Source of the DNA: an uncultured Gammaproteobacteria bacterium
GTDB taxonomy: Bacteria; Patescibacteriota; Microgenomatia; JAMCZE01
Direction of reading: 5' to 3'
Assembly: GCA_964641255.1 (NCBI GenBank)
Contig: CAZXMM010000001.1
Span: 809,890 to 873,889 of the forward strand
Length of the DNA: 64,000 nucleotides
Shown: in pieces, positions 29,844 through 38,861 of the stretch
Layout of the letters: the number at the start of each line of letters is the position of its first letter
How positions within the stretch are numbered: position 1 is the stretch's first letter
The notes under the pieces: model-generated
What the model saw: only the letters and a program-made list of their open reading frames with translations
Databases searched by the model: none
What the model was told of the DNA's origin: nothing
Program-made: the position numbers and the translations under genes

Positions 29844-30346
29844 CTATGATTTTACTCCTACTAGTAATGGCCCTCCTTCTTGGCTTTATTGTTTTGTTAA
29901 TATTTTCCCTCGCCACCGGCGGGCCGTATTCGCCCAGCGCCAATTGGAAAATTGCAGAACTCCTTAAACTTATTAAAAGCAAAAGGATTAAAAAAGCGGC
30001 AGATCTCGGATCGGGAGACGGCAGGATTGTCATTGCCCTCGCCAAAGCCGGTATTGAGGCGCATGGTTATGAAATAAACCCCCTACTCGTTCTTGTTTCT
30101 AGACTACGAATTAAAAGGTTGGGACTTGAACAAAAGGCTTTTATTCACTGCCGCAACCTCTGGCAGGTAAACCTTAGAAGTTTTGACCTAGTCACTATCT
30201 ATCTTCTCCCCCACGTCATGCCCCCCCTTGGTAGCAAGCTAAAAAAAGAGTTGAGACCAAAATCCCTCATCATCACCCACCTGTTTAAACTCTCAGATAC
30301 CAAACCAATTAAAGAAAGGGATCAGCTGTACGTTTATGAAGTCTAG
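29840..30346 (+). CDS. Membrane-anchored class I SAM methyltransferase, paralog 2
   Basis: GGPY.P, DLGSGDGR, GYEINP. Confidence 0.85.
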   Translation: MTMILLLLVMALLLGFIVLLIFSLATGGPYSPSANWKIAELLKLIKSKRIKKAADLGSGDGRIVIALAKAGIEAHGYEINPLLVLVSRLRIKRLGLEQKAFIHCRNLWQVNLRSFDLVTIYLLPHVMPPLGSKLKKELRPKSLIITHLFKLSDTKPIKERDQLYVYEV

Positions 30347-30364
30347 GAAGGATTTTGACCCTAT

Positions 30365-30832
30365 CTAGGGAAGCTCGATAACTTCTTTATTAATGATTGC
30401 CGTTCCTTCACTATTGAAAAGAAATGTTCCTTCGACCTTCTTTCCACTCAGAATAAGAGGTAGCCAAGATCTATCATCAACCCACATATGTTCAAAGGGA
30501 AGCTCCGTTTTCGAATACCACTTGGGGGCAAGTTCTTCACTTTCGGTCGGTTCCCCCTCCCAAGCTGAGATTATATACACAGTCACATCGTGGTTCCAAT
30601 CAGGATTATTTTCGAAATTAAAGATTAAATGAGCAGATTTAACTAAATCGGCCTGTTTTACCTCGATTCCCACTTCTTCCTTGATTTCTCTTACCGCGGC
30701 TTCCTCTAACGTCTCGTTCTCTCGTTTTTTTCCTCCCACCCCATTCCACTTACCTGTTCCAAAGCCGCGTTTTTTCATAGCAAGGAGCACTTTGTCTCCC
30801 TTTAGAAAAAAACAGTTGGTTGCGACTTTCAT
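30365..30832 (-). CDS. NUDIX 8-oxo-dGTP diphosphatase (MutT/MTH1-like)
   Basis: KKRGFG.GKWNG.GGK, REIKEE.G, MW.DD. Confidence 0.9.
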   Translation of the reverse strand: MKVATNCFFLKGDKVLLAMKKRGFGTGKWNGVGGKKRENETLEEAAVREIKEEVGIEVKQADLVKSAHLIFNFENNPDWNHDVTVYIISAWEGEPTESEELAPKWYSKTELPFEHMWVDDRSWLPLILSGKKVEGTFLFNSEGTAIINKEVIELP

Positions 30833-30876
30833 ACCCCCATTGTACCACTCCTACAACGGCGTGCTACAATTGGAGA

Positions 30877-31893
30877 GTGATTAAGAAGATCAGTAACTAT
30901 TTTGTAAACAATCAGGTCATCGGTGGGATTATTTTTGTAGGGCTAGCGTGGTTTATCTACGAACTTCGCTCAATTCTTATTTCCCTCTTTATTGCCTATT
31001 TGTTAGTGGCCACGTTTAAGCCTCTGACCCTCGCTCTGCGTAAAAGACGGGTGCCCAAAGTATTGGCAGTAGCCTTGCCGTTTTTACTGACTTTTGTGGT
31101 AGTAGGAATACTGGTAGCTACCCTGGCACCGTTTTTTCTTATCCAGATTCAAGCACTGGCCATCAATTTTCCAGTTTATTTAGACAGAGCCAGTAGCGTC
31201 CTTGGTGTTCCCCTTGCCTCAAGTGACTTTCAAGCCATCATCGCGGCAGAGGCTGACAGTATTGGTAAAAATATTTTAGTGACTACCAGCAAGGTATTTG
31301 GCAGTATTTTCAGTGTAGTGGCCACTTTAACCATCAGTTTTTATTTCCTTCTTGATCACGAACGAATTGAAAATTCTTTTGTTAGTATGTTCCCCGCTCA
31401 TTCACAAAACAAAATCAAAAACGTTCTTTCTTCAGTCGAGAGAAAACTCGGAGACTGGGTTCGGGGGGAAATGCTACTCTGTCTTTTTATTGGTATCTTA
31501 ACTTTTATTACCCTCTCGGCCCTAGGCATTGAGTACGCCCTGGTTCTAGCCATCATCGCCGGGATACTAGAAATAATCCCCACCATTGGCCCCATTATTT
31601 CGGCTGTCCCTGCCGTTATTGTGGCTTTGTCTATTAATCCTCCACTAGCTATCGCGGTCATTGTGGCCTATTTAATTATCCAGCAGGTGGAAAACAATTT
31701 TTTGGTACCGCGGATTATGGAGAGCGCGGTGGGACTGCCGGCCATGGTCGTTATTCTCTCAATCATTATTGGCGGTAGTCTCCTGGGGATCCCTGGGGCA
31801 CTTCTAGCAGTTCCTTTTGTCTCAATGCTAGTGGTGATCCTTAAATCTTACCTAAGTGGAGACGAGGAAGGGTCAACCCAGACTACTAAATAA
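30877..31893 (+). CDS. AI-2E-family transporter
   Basis: IP.IGP, QQVENN.L.PRI, GALLAVP; GTG start. Confidence 0.9.
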   Translation: MIKKISNYFVNNQVIGGIIFVGLAWFIYELRSILISLFIAYLLVATFKPLTLALRKRRVPKVLAVALPFLLTFVVVGILVATLAPFFLIQIQALAINFPVYLDRASSVLGVPLASSDFQAIIAAEADSIGKNILVTTSKVFGSIFSVVATLTISFYFLLDHERIENSFVSMFPAHSQNKIKNVLSSVERKLGDWVRGEMLLCLFIGILTFITLSALGIEYALVLAIIAGILEIIPTIGPIISAVPAVIVALSINPPLAIAVIVAYLIIQQVENNFLVPRIMESAVGLPAMVVILSIIIGGSLLGIPGALLAVPFVSMLVVILKSYLSGDEEGSTQTTK

Positions 31894-32749
31894 GACCGGC
31901 TTGTTGTAATTTCTCAATATTTTCTTGATTGCGCCTTAACAACCGGATTTTTGATCCTCGGGAGGGAACGAGAAAATCTCTAGTGAATGGATGGGACTCC
32001 ACGGTGAGATAGTCAATCCGGCCTTCTATCACTTTAGCGAGTTGTTTATATTCCACTACCCCAATTTCAGGCGGCAATGAATCATCCAGCGCCTCTCCAA
32101 TTGGTAAATGTAACTCAAATTGGTAGCCCTCATGAGCCGCTAAAGTGAGTAGCCTATCCAGTTGGTCCAAAGTTTTGGGCCATAGACCGGTATAAGGACC
32201 GCCAGGGAGTAACATGTGCATATAGTGAAAGAGGTCAAACGTTAGCCCCACTGTCAAGCCTTTGGCTTGGTAATAACCAGCCAACCTAATCATTTCGCCA
32301 ATCGCATCTCCGGCATTGTGATTTTCAATGAAAAGGCAGCGAATATTTTTTCGATATTTAAGGATTAACTGCTCCACTCCCGGCCAGACCAGCTCAATAT
32401 TGTGAAGCAGAAGGTAGTCAACCCGGGAGGCCAGCTCTGACAGCATGGTTTTGGTAGTCACCATAAACTCGTTGTAAATGGGAACCATGACTCTTGACCG
32501 TAAGGTTTTATAGTGAAACTCTCTGCCCACCCGACCATGAATCCCTACTACCCTAAGTCCCCGTTTCTTAGCCTCGTTTAACACCATCCTAGGCCAAAAC
32601 GGTAACAGTGGGCTACCCCAGGGCAAATACTCAAATCCAATAAATTTGGGGTGATCTTTTAAAAAGCCCCACATGTACTCCCAGTCCTTGGGCGTAGAAA
32701 AAAGCCCAGCGCAATCAGTGGAAACGACTAATTGGTAGTTTTTTGCCAT
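31886..32749 (-). CDS. Hypothetical protein, xylose-isomerase/AP-endonuclease-2-like TIM barrel
   Basis: GIHGR, IENH, FDLFH, HLPIG, VE metal-site pattern. Confidence 0.5.
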   Translation of the reverse strand: MAKNYQLVVSTDCAGLFSTPKDWEYMWGFLKDHPKFIGFEYLPWGSPLLPFWPRMVLNEAKKRGLRVVGIHGRVGREFHYKTLRSRVMVPIYNEFMVTTKTMLSELASRVDYLLLHNIELVWPGVEQLILKYRKNIRCLFIENHNAGDAIGEMIRLAGYYQAKGLTVGLTFDLFHYMHMLLPGGPYTGLWPKTLDQLDRLLTLAAHEGYQFELHLPIGEALDDSLPPEIGVVEYKQLAKVIEGRIDYLTVESHPFTRDFLVPSRGSKIRLLRRNQENIEKLQQAGLI

Positions 32750-32750
32750 A

Positions 32751-34037
32751 TCAACCCAGTCGAATCATTCTATCAATTTTTAGCTGTTCTAAGAAGTATT
32801 GGTCATGCGAAACCACTAGCAATGTTCCCTTATAGTTAGCCAGTGCCAGCTCCAAAGCCTCTCTAGCTTTAATGTCTAAATGGTTAGTCGGCTCGTCAAA
32901 AATAAGGAAGTTAGCTCTTTGGGCCATGATTTGGGCAAGCCTTAATCTTGACTGCTGGCCGCTACTAAGAAGGCTAACAGGAGTGTCCATATCTTCTTCA
33001 GAAAACAGGAAGATTCGCGCAATCTTGTATGCGTCTGTTTTAGTTACCTCAGTTGTGGCTTGTAGGTGGTCTAGTAAATTCTCACTGAGGTCCATCCCTC
33101 CTTCTACTTCTTGAGGGAGGTAGCCTATTTCCACATTGTTACCAATTTCTAGCTCTCCAGCCATTATTTTTTTAATTAACGTTGTCTTTCCTGATCCATT
33201 AGGGCCAACAAGGGCAACCCGCTCCCCCCTGTTAATATAAAGCTCCTTGCTAAAGACGACTGTCTGACTACTATCTCTCTTGGGCGCAAACAGTAGCGCC
33301 AGACTAAAGTCCACTGGTGGTTTTACTATTCCACTGTCCTCAATTTCTTTTTGCAAGCGCTTCACCATAGCGAGGGCTGATTTGGCTCCTTTAGCTGCTT
33401 TACGTCTGACGTAGTGGTCAGTACCAGAAGTGTTAATTTCTAAAATCTGGACCCCGCGCTTTACTTCAGTTACCCGCTTTTCAATTGCCTTTCGGTGTCT
33501 CTCTAACACGATATAGTCCCGCTTTTGGGCGTCATATTGTAATTTTTTTTGGGCTTTATAGTCAGAGTAGTTTCCCCCATAAACACTTAGCTTTCCCCTC
33601 TCAAGTTCAAAAATTTTAGTGGCACAACTATCTAAGAACGCCCGATCATGACTCGCCATTAGTATCCCGCCGGCAAACTTAGCCAGTTGCCGCTCAAGTC
33701 TTGAGAGCCTTTGGATATCTAAATGATTCGTGGGTTCGTCCAACAGAAGAAAGTCTGGCTGGGTAGCAAGAAGCTCTTGGAGCTGTTCCCAAGTTTGTTC
33801 GCCACTTGATAGACTGGCCCTATCGCGAATCTGAGGAAGGTAACCAATGGTTCCTGTGGTATCAATACTGCCTTCGTCTAGGGACTCGACACCGGCTACC
33901 ATCCTGAGTAAGGTTGACTTTCCCACTCCATTCTCACCCACCAAAGCCACTCTGTCCCCTGCCTTAAGAGTGAAGGAAACATTATCAAGGATAAGCTTGT
34001 CTTCAAATGACTTAGAAAGAGAATGGGCGATGATCAT
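32751..34037 (-). CDS. ABC-F ATPase, antibiotic-resistance (ribosome protection)-like
   Basis: Two NBDs (GENGVGKS, GPNGSGKT), DEPTNHLD twice, no TM, short arm, extended linker DHYVRRKAAK. Confidence 0.85.
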   Translation of the reverse strand: MIIAHSLSKSFEDKLILDNVSFTLKAGDRVALVGENGVGKSTLLRMVAGVESLDEGSIDTTGTIGYLPQIRDRASLSSGEQTWEQLQELLATQPDFLLLDEPTNHLDIQRLSRLERQLAKFAGGILMASHDRAFLDSCATKIFELERGKLSVYGGNYSDYKAQKKLQYDAQKRDYIVLERHRKAIEKRVTEVKRGVQILEINTSGTDHYVRRKAAKGAKSALAMVKRLQKEIEDSGIVKPPVDFSLALLFAPKRDSSQTVVFSKELYINRGERVALVGPNGSGKTTLIKKIMAGELEIGNNVEIGYLPQEVEGGMDLSENLLDHLQATTEVTKTDAYKIARIFLFSEEDMDTPVSLLSSGQQSRLRLAQIMAQRANFLIFDEPTNHLDIKAREALELALANYKGTLLVVSHDQYFLEQLKIDRMIRLG

Positions 34038-34836
34038 AGCAGCACCTTATATTTTGCCGGGTTAACTCCCTGCAGTAAATAATGAAACAACCCTAGCCAC
34101 TGGTCAAAAGTTAAATCAGTAGCGCCCACGTGGGTAGGAAAGTTATTGGCTCTGGCGAGTCTTTTCCACTGTTTATAGGTAAAAATCTGGGCTAAACCGC
34201 TTTTTAAGTCTTTGCCATGGGTGAAAGCATATTTTAAAAATTTTGTGTAAAGTAATTCCTCTTCTTTTGGTACCAGCGGAACTGGTCTTTTCGTACACTT
34301 TAAAAGGACACACTCGACAGCGGGCATGGGGGAAAAATCGCTTTTCTTAAAAGTATAGGCCACTGAAAAAATAAAGTAGGGTTTACGACTGGTTGACACT
34401 AGTGTCTCTTTGGGTATCCCCCCAAACTTCATGGCCGCCTCTTTTTGGACTATTAGGTAGCACTCTATTGGCGAAGCCGCATAATAGGTTAGTTTATGAA
34501 TCAGGTCAGCGGTAATATGAAACGGCACATTTGCAAATACTTTGTACGGACTACTCGGCATAGGAAACCGTAGGATATCTTCGTTGTGAATAGTCACATT
34601 TGTTGCCCGGCAAATTTCGTTTTCAACTGGTCCGTAAGTTCACTATCAATTTCAACTGCAATCACTTCTCCCGCGACCTTAGCTAGTTCCGCAGTTAGAG
34701 CGCCTGTTCCAGCCCCAATATCAATTACGGTGTCGCTTTGCTTAAACTTTGCTAGACTAACTAGGTGGGCTACCAACCGAGGGTCAGTTAAAAAGTTTTG
34801 AGATAATAAGCGCTGTTTAAATTTCATTTCCTTCAT
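34034..34836 (-). pseudogene. Erm-like 23S rRNA adenine dimethyltransferase, split by a 1-nt frameshift near 34606-34608 (real or assembly error)
   Basis: SQNFL and DIGAGTG in the 5' part; ANVPFHIT, QKE, F.P.P, LTFDQW in the 3' part; adding one G gives KFAGATNVTIHNEDIL. Confidence 0.8.
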
Positions 34837-34857
34837 AATTACCTCCTGTTAGCCATT

Positions 34858-34986
34858 AAAAAACCAGTCCCCACTGAGGACTGGTTACAAATCTGCTTTT
34901 AACTATATCTTCTTGGCGCCTTAAACAACCAGCCCGTGGGGCTGCATCCGTGGACTTTCGTCCAGTTATTTAAGGCTTGTTGTCAT
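34858..34986 (-). promoter_or_regulatory. Leader-peptide transcription attenuator (uORF MTTSLK 34986-34966; terminator 34886-34858)
   Basis: uORF overlaps the 5' arm of stem GCCUUAAAUAAC/GUUGUUUAAGGC; terminator AACCAGUCC/GGACUGGUU plus U tract; alternative pairing GGGCUGGUU/AACCAGUCC. Confidence 0.75.
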
Positions 34987-35005
34987 CGTATCCTTATTAT
35001 ATTAA

Positions 35006-35457
35006 TTAGTTCCAGCAAGTGCAATTTTTGGCAAATTGCTTCAGGGAGCCGCTCTTAATCACAATGGCTTCGGGACTAAACACCGAGGCATACATCGTAA
35101 GGAGGGAAATCACATCCAAAAGCGCTCGATAGCTGGACAGCCAGACATATCAATATAAATCTTTGAGAACTTTTGACCCAAACTCATTGCCTTACGAATA
35201 TTAAAAGCATCCAAAGTCACAAACGTAATCTCGGGATATTTTTGTTTCGCCACCGCAATGCATTCCTCGCTGATATCAGTTGCAACGACATTATGACACC
35301 TCTCCCAAATATATCGGGAGGTTGTCCCCCACTCACACCCAATTTCCAGTACAAAATCTTCCGGCCGTATCCAGAAGGGAATGGTGGCACGATATTCCTC
35401 TACCCCGCGGGTAGCAATGAATTTGGTCTTCAATTTAAACTGTTGCTCATTAGCCAT
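35006..35457 (-). pseudogene. Class I SAM methyltransferase with a 1-nt frameshift near 35141
   Basis: VLEIGCEWG motif I; the shifted frame continues LSSYRALLDVISLLTMYASVFSPEAIVIKSGSLK...WN to TAA at 35006. Confidence 0.7.
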
Positions 35458-35484
35458 AGTAAACACCCCCTCTTGGCAGAAAAC

Positions 35485-35622
35485 AAAAAAAGCGCCGGAA
35501 GCCAACGCGAGCCTTATTAGGGGCTACGCATCAGCTTCAGGCGCTCTAACTAGACTACTCTAATTCCCAGAGCTTCCCTCAAATAAATGAGAGTGTCCTC
35601 CTGAACTACTATAGACAGTATA
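35485..35622 (-). promoter_or_regulatory. 5' leader: -10 TATACT, AGGAGG plus ATT-initiated uORF, long terminator-like hairpin with U7
   Basis: Hairpin AGCGCC...GGCGCU spanning 35545-35491 followed by a U run, upstream of the methyltransferase start. Confidence 0.55.
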
Positions 35623-35679
35623 GTCCCAATTGCCTATTTCCGCAACATTCTCTGGCTTATCAACAAAGAAGGATACAGG

Positions 35680-36327
35680 CTATCTAGAGGCAGGTTCCTT
35701 GAGAGCCTTACCATGTTTGAGAGCAAAGTCCTCCACCCAATTGTCCAGTTCAAGGACTTGGTCGAGCTCATTCTTCAGATCTTCTCCCCAATGATAATGA
35801 ATTGTTTTTATTTTCAACTGCTTTGCTGCCTCAATGTTTCCTAGGGCATTATCAATAAACAAGACCTCCGAAGCTGGTAAGCTTAATTTTTGTAGCAATA
35901 GTTCATAAATGGGGGTGAAGGGTTTCATGAGACCGACCTCATTGGAAAAGATAGCCGGGGCAAACAAACTGATGAAGTCTCTAGTTTTTGCCACTTCCGT
36001 CCACCAAGCCATATTGTTACTCAAAAGGGCCAAAATATATTTTTCTTTAATGACGGGCAATAGTTGCAAAACTGACCTGTTTTCTCGATCTTTAATCGTC
36101 TTTCGGATTTGCTTGTCGAGCGCCTCGAACTCCCCTTGGCCAAAAGCACTATTAAAATGAGCAGTAAAATCCTCCTTGGTCAATTTTCCCGTCACGGCCA
36201 GTTGCTCCCACTGCACAAATTCCTTTTGTTCACCGATGGATAAGCTTTTTAGGTGTTCGTCAACATAGGGAGTGTAGATATCTTTAACAAGCACCCCGCC
36301 AAAATCGAAGACGACCGCAGAAATCAT
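35680..36327 (-). CDS. HAD-family phosphatase
   Basis: FDFGGVL, LLSN, KP, FIDN..N. Confidence 0.88.
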   Translation of the reverse strand: MISAVVFDFGGVLVKDIYTPYVDEHLKSLSIGEQKEFVQWEQLAVTGKLTKEDFTAHFNSAFGQGEFEALDKQIRKTIKDRENRSVLQLLPVIKEKYILALLSNNMAWWTEVAKTRDFISLFAPAIFSNEVGLMKPFTPIYELLLQKLSLPASEVLFIDNALGNIEAAKQLKIKTIHYHWGEDLKNELDQVLELDNWVEDFALKHGKALKEPASR

Positions 36328-36366
36328 ATCTTCATAATACCACCTTTATGCTACACTTGAGCTACC

Positions 36367-37242
36367 ATGACAATCCTTTCGACACCCGGCTGGGCTGACT
36401 ATCAACTACTCGATACCGGCGATGGACGTCGCCTGGAACGATTTGGCAAATTTACACTCTCTCGTCCCGACCCTCAAATTCTTTGGGGCCGACACTTACC
36501 CCAAACCGCCTGGGATCAAGCTACTGCTATTTTCACCCCCGACTCTGCTGAGCACGGCAATTGGAAAAAACGCTCCCCTGTTCCTGATAAATGGGAACTC
36601 TGCTATAAAAATTTGAGTTTTTTTGCCAAACTGGGGACATTTAAACACCTAGGAATTTTCCCGGAACAACAGCTGAATTGGGATTGGATAAGGGAAAAAA
36701 TTGAAATTGAAAAAATGAAAACGACTCAACCCATTAAAGTTCTTAATCTTTTTGGCTACACTGGCATTGCCACTTTAGCAGCTGCTGGGGCTGGAGCTCA
36801 AATCACCCATGTGGATGCCTCAAAATCCACCATCGCCTGGGCCAGAGAAAACCAGCAATTATCGCACTTAAGCGATAAGCCCATTCGCTGGATCTGTGAA
36901 GATGTAATGAAGTTTTGCACCCGGGAGCAAAGACGAGGAAGCAAGTACGACGCCATTATTATGGATCCCCCCATTTACGGTCACGGACCAGAGGGAGAAA
37001 CCTGGAAGTTTTCCAGTAGCTTTCCCAAACTGCTCGCAACGTGCAAAACACTGTTAACGCCGAACCCACTCTTTTTTCTAGTTAACGCCTACGCCATCTC
37101 CGCTTCCGCGGTCATGCTTAGTAATATGTTGACTGAATTATTTCCCCACTTAGGAGTGATCGAATCGGGAGAGTTGGCCCTCCAGGAAAAGAGCAGTCCG
37201 CGATTACTATCAACCGGTATTTTTGCCCGCTTTAGTCGCTAA
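36367..37242 (+). CDS. Class I SAM methyltransferase (RlmI/RlmK-like)
   Basis: LERFG, HLGIFPEQ, LNLFGYTG, VDAS, DPP. Confidence 0.85.
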   Translation: MTILSTPGWADYQLLDTGDGRRLERFGKFTLSRPDPQILWGRHLPQTAWDQATAIFTPDSAEHGNWKKRSPVPDKWELCYKNLSFFAKLGTFKHLGIFPEQQLNWDWIREKIEIEKMKTTQPIKVLNLFGYTGIATLAAAGAGAQITHVDASKSTIAWARENQQLSHLSDKPIRWICEDVMKFCTREQRRGSKYDAIIMDPPIYGHGPEGETWKFSSSFPKLLATCKTLLTPNPLFFLVNAYAISASAVMLSNMLTELFPHLGVIESGELALQEKSSPRLLSTGIFARFSR

Positions 37243-37252
37243 CGTTTGATCA

Positions 37253-38101
37253 ATGACCAAGCTAAATTTCATTTTTTTGTTACTACTGACAATTACCGTT
37301 GGTTTTCTTTTGATTGGAATAGTCAGTTGGCCCAAAGCACCGACCGTAAAACCACCTACCAAAAGCCAGGTCGTCTCGCCACCCCCAGAAACAATCGCGG
37401 CGACCATATCAGGAACGATCTTCGTCCCCATCCTCATGTATCACTATGTGGAAGTAGTGACTGACACGAGGGATACGATCCGACAATCATTAAATATTGA
37501 ACCTGTTGTGTTTGAGGCGCAGCTTCAGACCCTAAAAGGGGCCAACTATAATTTTCTCACAGCCAAAGAGTTGGGAGAGATCATTGATGGCAAGAGGCCG
37601 TTACCCCCCAAACCGATCGTGCTCACTTTTGACGATGGCCACTACGATTTGGCTACTGACGTACTACCTCTACTCCAAAAATACCAGGTGCCGGCTACCG
37701 CCTATATCATCTCGGGTAGAGTTGATAAAGACTCTGACTTCTTAACACTAGAGCAACTCCACAAAATAACGAGCAGTGGTCACTTCGAAATCGGAGCGCA
37801 CACGGTTAGTCACCGGGCACTGCGGGGCCAACCAGAAAAGATCCAGCGTGAAGAAATCTTAGCCAGCAAGGAAGCGTTGGAACAAGAACTGGGGATTAGT
37901 GTAGTATCTTTTGCCTATCCAGACGGTTCGTTTGACGATCAGGCAAAAAAAATTGTGGCCGAGAGCGGTTACACTACTGCCGTCTCCACCCTAAAAGGCG
38001 CCTCACAAAGCGCTAGTAACCGCTTTTCGCTCTACCGACTACGGCCAGGTCAACGAACTGGCCAAAAACTTCTTGATTTTCTTACTGGCTCACGATTCTA
38101 A
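37253..38101 (+). CDS. Polysaccharide deacetylase (NodB-type)
   Basis: PILMYH, LTFDDG, GAHT.SH, FAYP.G. Confidence 0.9.
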   Translation: MTKLNFIFLLLLTITVGFLLIGIVSWPKAPTVKPPTKSQVVSPPPETIAATISGTIFVPILMYHYVEVVTDTRDTIRQSLNIEPVVFEAQLQTLKGANYNFLTAKELGEIIDGKRPLPPKPIVLTFDDGHYDLATDVLPLLQKYQVPATAYIISGRVDKDSDFLTLEQLHKITSSGHFEIGAHTVSHRALRGQPEKIQREEILASKEALEQELGISVVSFAYPDGSFDDQAKKIVAESGYTTAVSTLKGASQSASNRFSLYRLRPGQRTGQKLLDFLTGSRF

Positions 38102-38861
38102 TTCGCGCTTGGTCCAAAACACTTTGATCCAGCGAGTTGTACATCTGAACTTTATAGGTTCGCTTGCCGGTAGTCAGACTGATCGGGATAGAACTATATT
38201 GGGTAGTTAGTGAAGTCGTTTCCACTTCGGTCTCGCTAAAGGGTAAACCCGAAGTGGTATCAATGAGTCGAGCGTGAACAGTACCATTAGTTCTGGGCAT
38301 CCGAATAAAGACTTCAAAATAAGCGGTTTTTAAGCCAGGGAAATTACCATAGTCAAAGGTGGCTTGGGCCGACTCTAGGGTTGTCCAGTCACTGGCCTGA
38401 TTAAGCGTTCCACTACCCAAGGGAATAAAATATTCGCCTTTAGTCAGAAATTGGTTACTACCAGTTGGAGAAACTAACTGAGAAGTTGGCGCCCTGATGA
38501 TAGGTGAATTAGTTACTGGCGCTACTACCGCTGAAATTGTCGAGGCGTTTATCAGGGACATACAAGTCTGAGGACAGGCATCCAAAGCTCCAAGTTGGGC
38601 AAGAATACTATTGGCTGCCACGCTGCCGCTGTTATTAGAACTTTTGGCAGCGGAGGGACTAGCAGCTGGCGGCTGATCAGGAAACGAAGCAAACATCCGG
38701 CTAGAAATTAGACCGAGACTATTCTCTACCTCGGTCAACTTGGTCTGAAAATCTAGCAGTTCGGTACGCTGTTTAACAAAATAAAAATCTAAAATGAGTA
38801 AGTTGGCGACTAAAATTAGTCCGACAAAAGCAAAAACGTACCGTAAATAGCGCTCGATCAT
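38082..38861 (-). CDS. Membrane-anchored hypothetical protein
   Basis: N-terminal TM, S/P linker, CP..C, EYFIPLGSG beta domain; ATGA overlap with cysS. Confidence 0.65.
   Translation of the reverse strand: MIERYLRYVFAFVGLILVANLLILDFYFVKQRTELLDFQTKLTEVENSLGLISSRMFASFPDQPPAASPSAAKSSNNSGSVAANSILAQLGALDACPQTCMSLINASTISAVVAPVTNSPIIRAPTSQLVSPTGSNQFLTKGEYFIPLGSGTLNQASDWTTLESAQATFDYGNFPGLKTAYFEVFIRMPRTNGTVHARLIDTTSGLPFSETEVETTSLTTQYSSIPISLTTGKRTYKVQMYNSLDQSVLDQARIRIVSQ

Noticed and set aside
34915-34977. Three-way junction with GAAA as a hammerhead ribozyme
   Set aside because: No CUGAUGA core; GAAA is a tetraloop; the attenuator model explains the structure.
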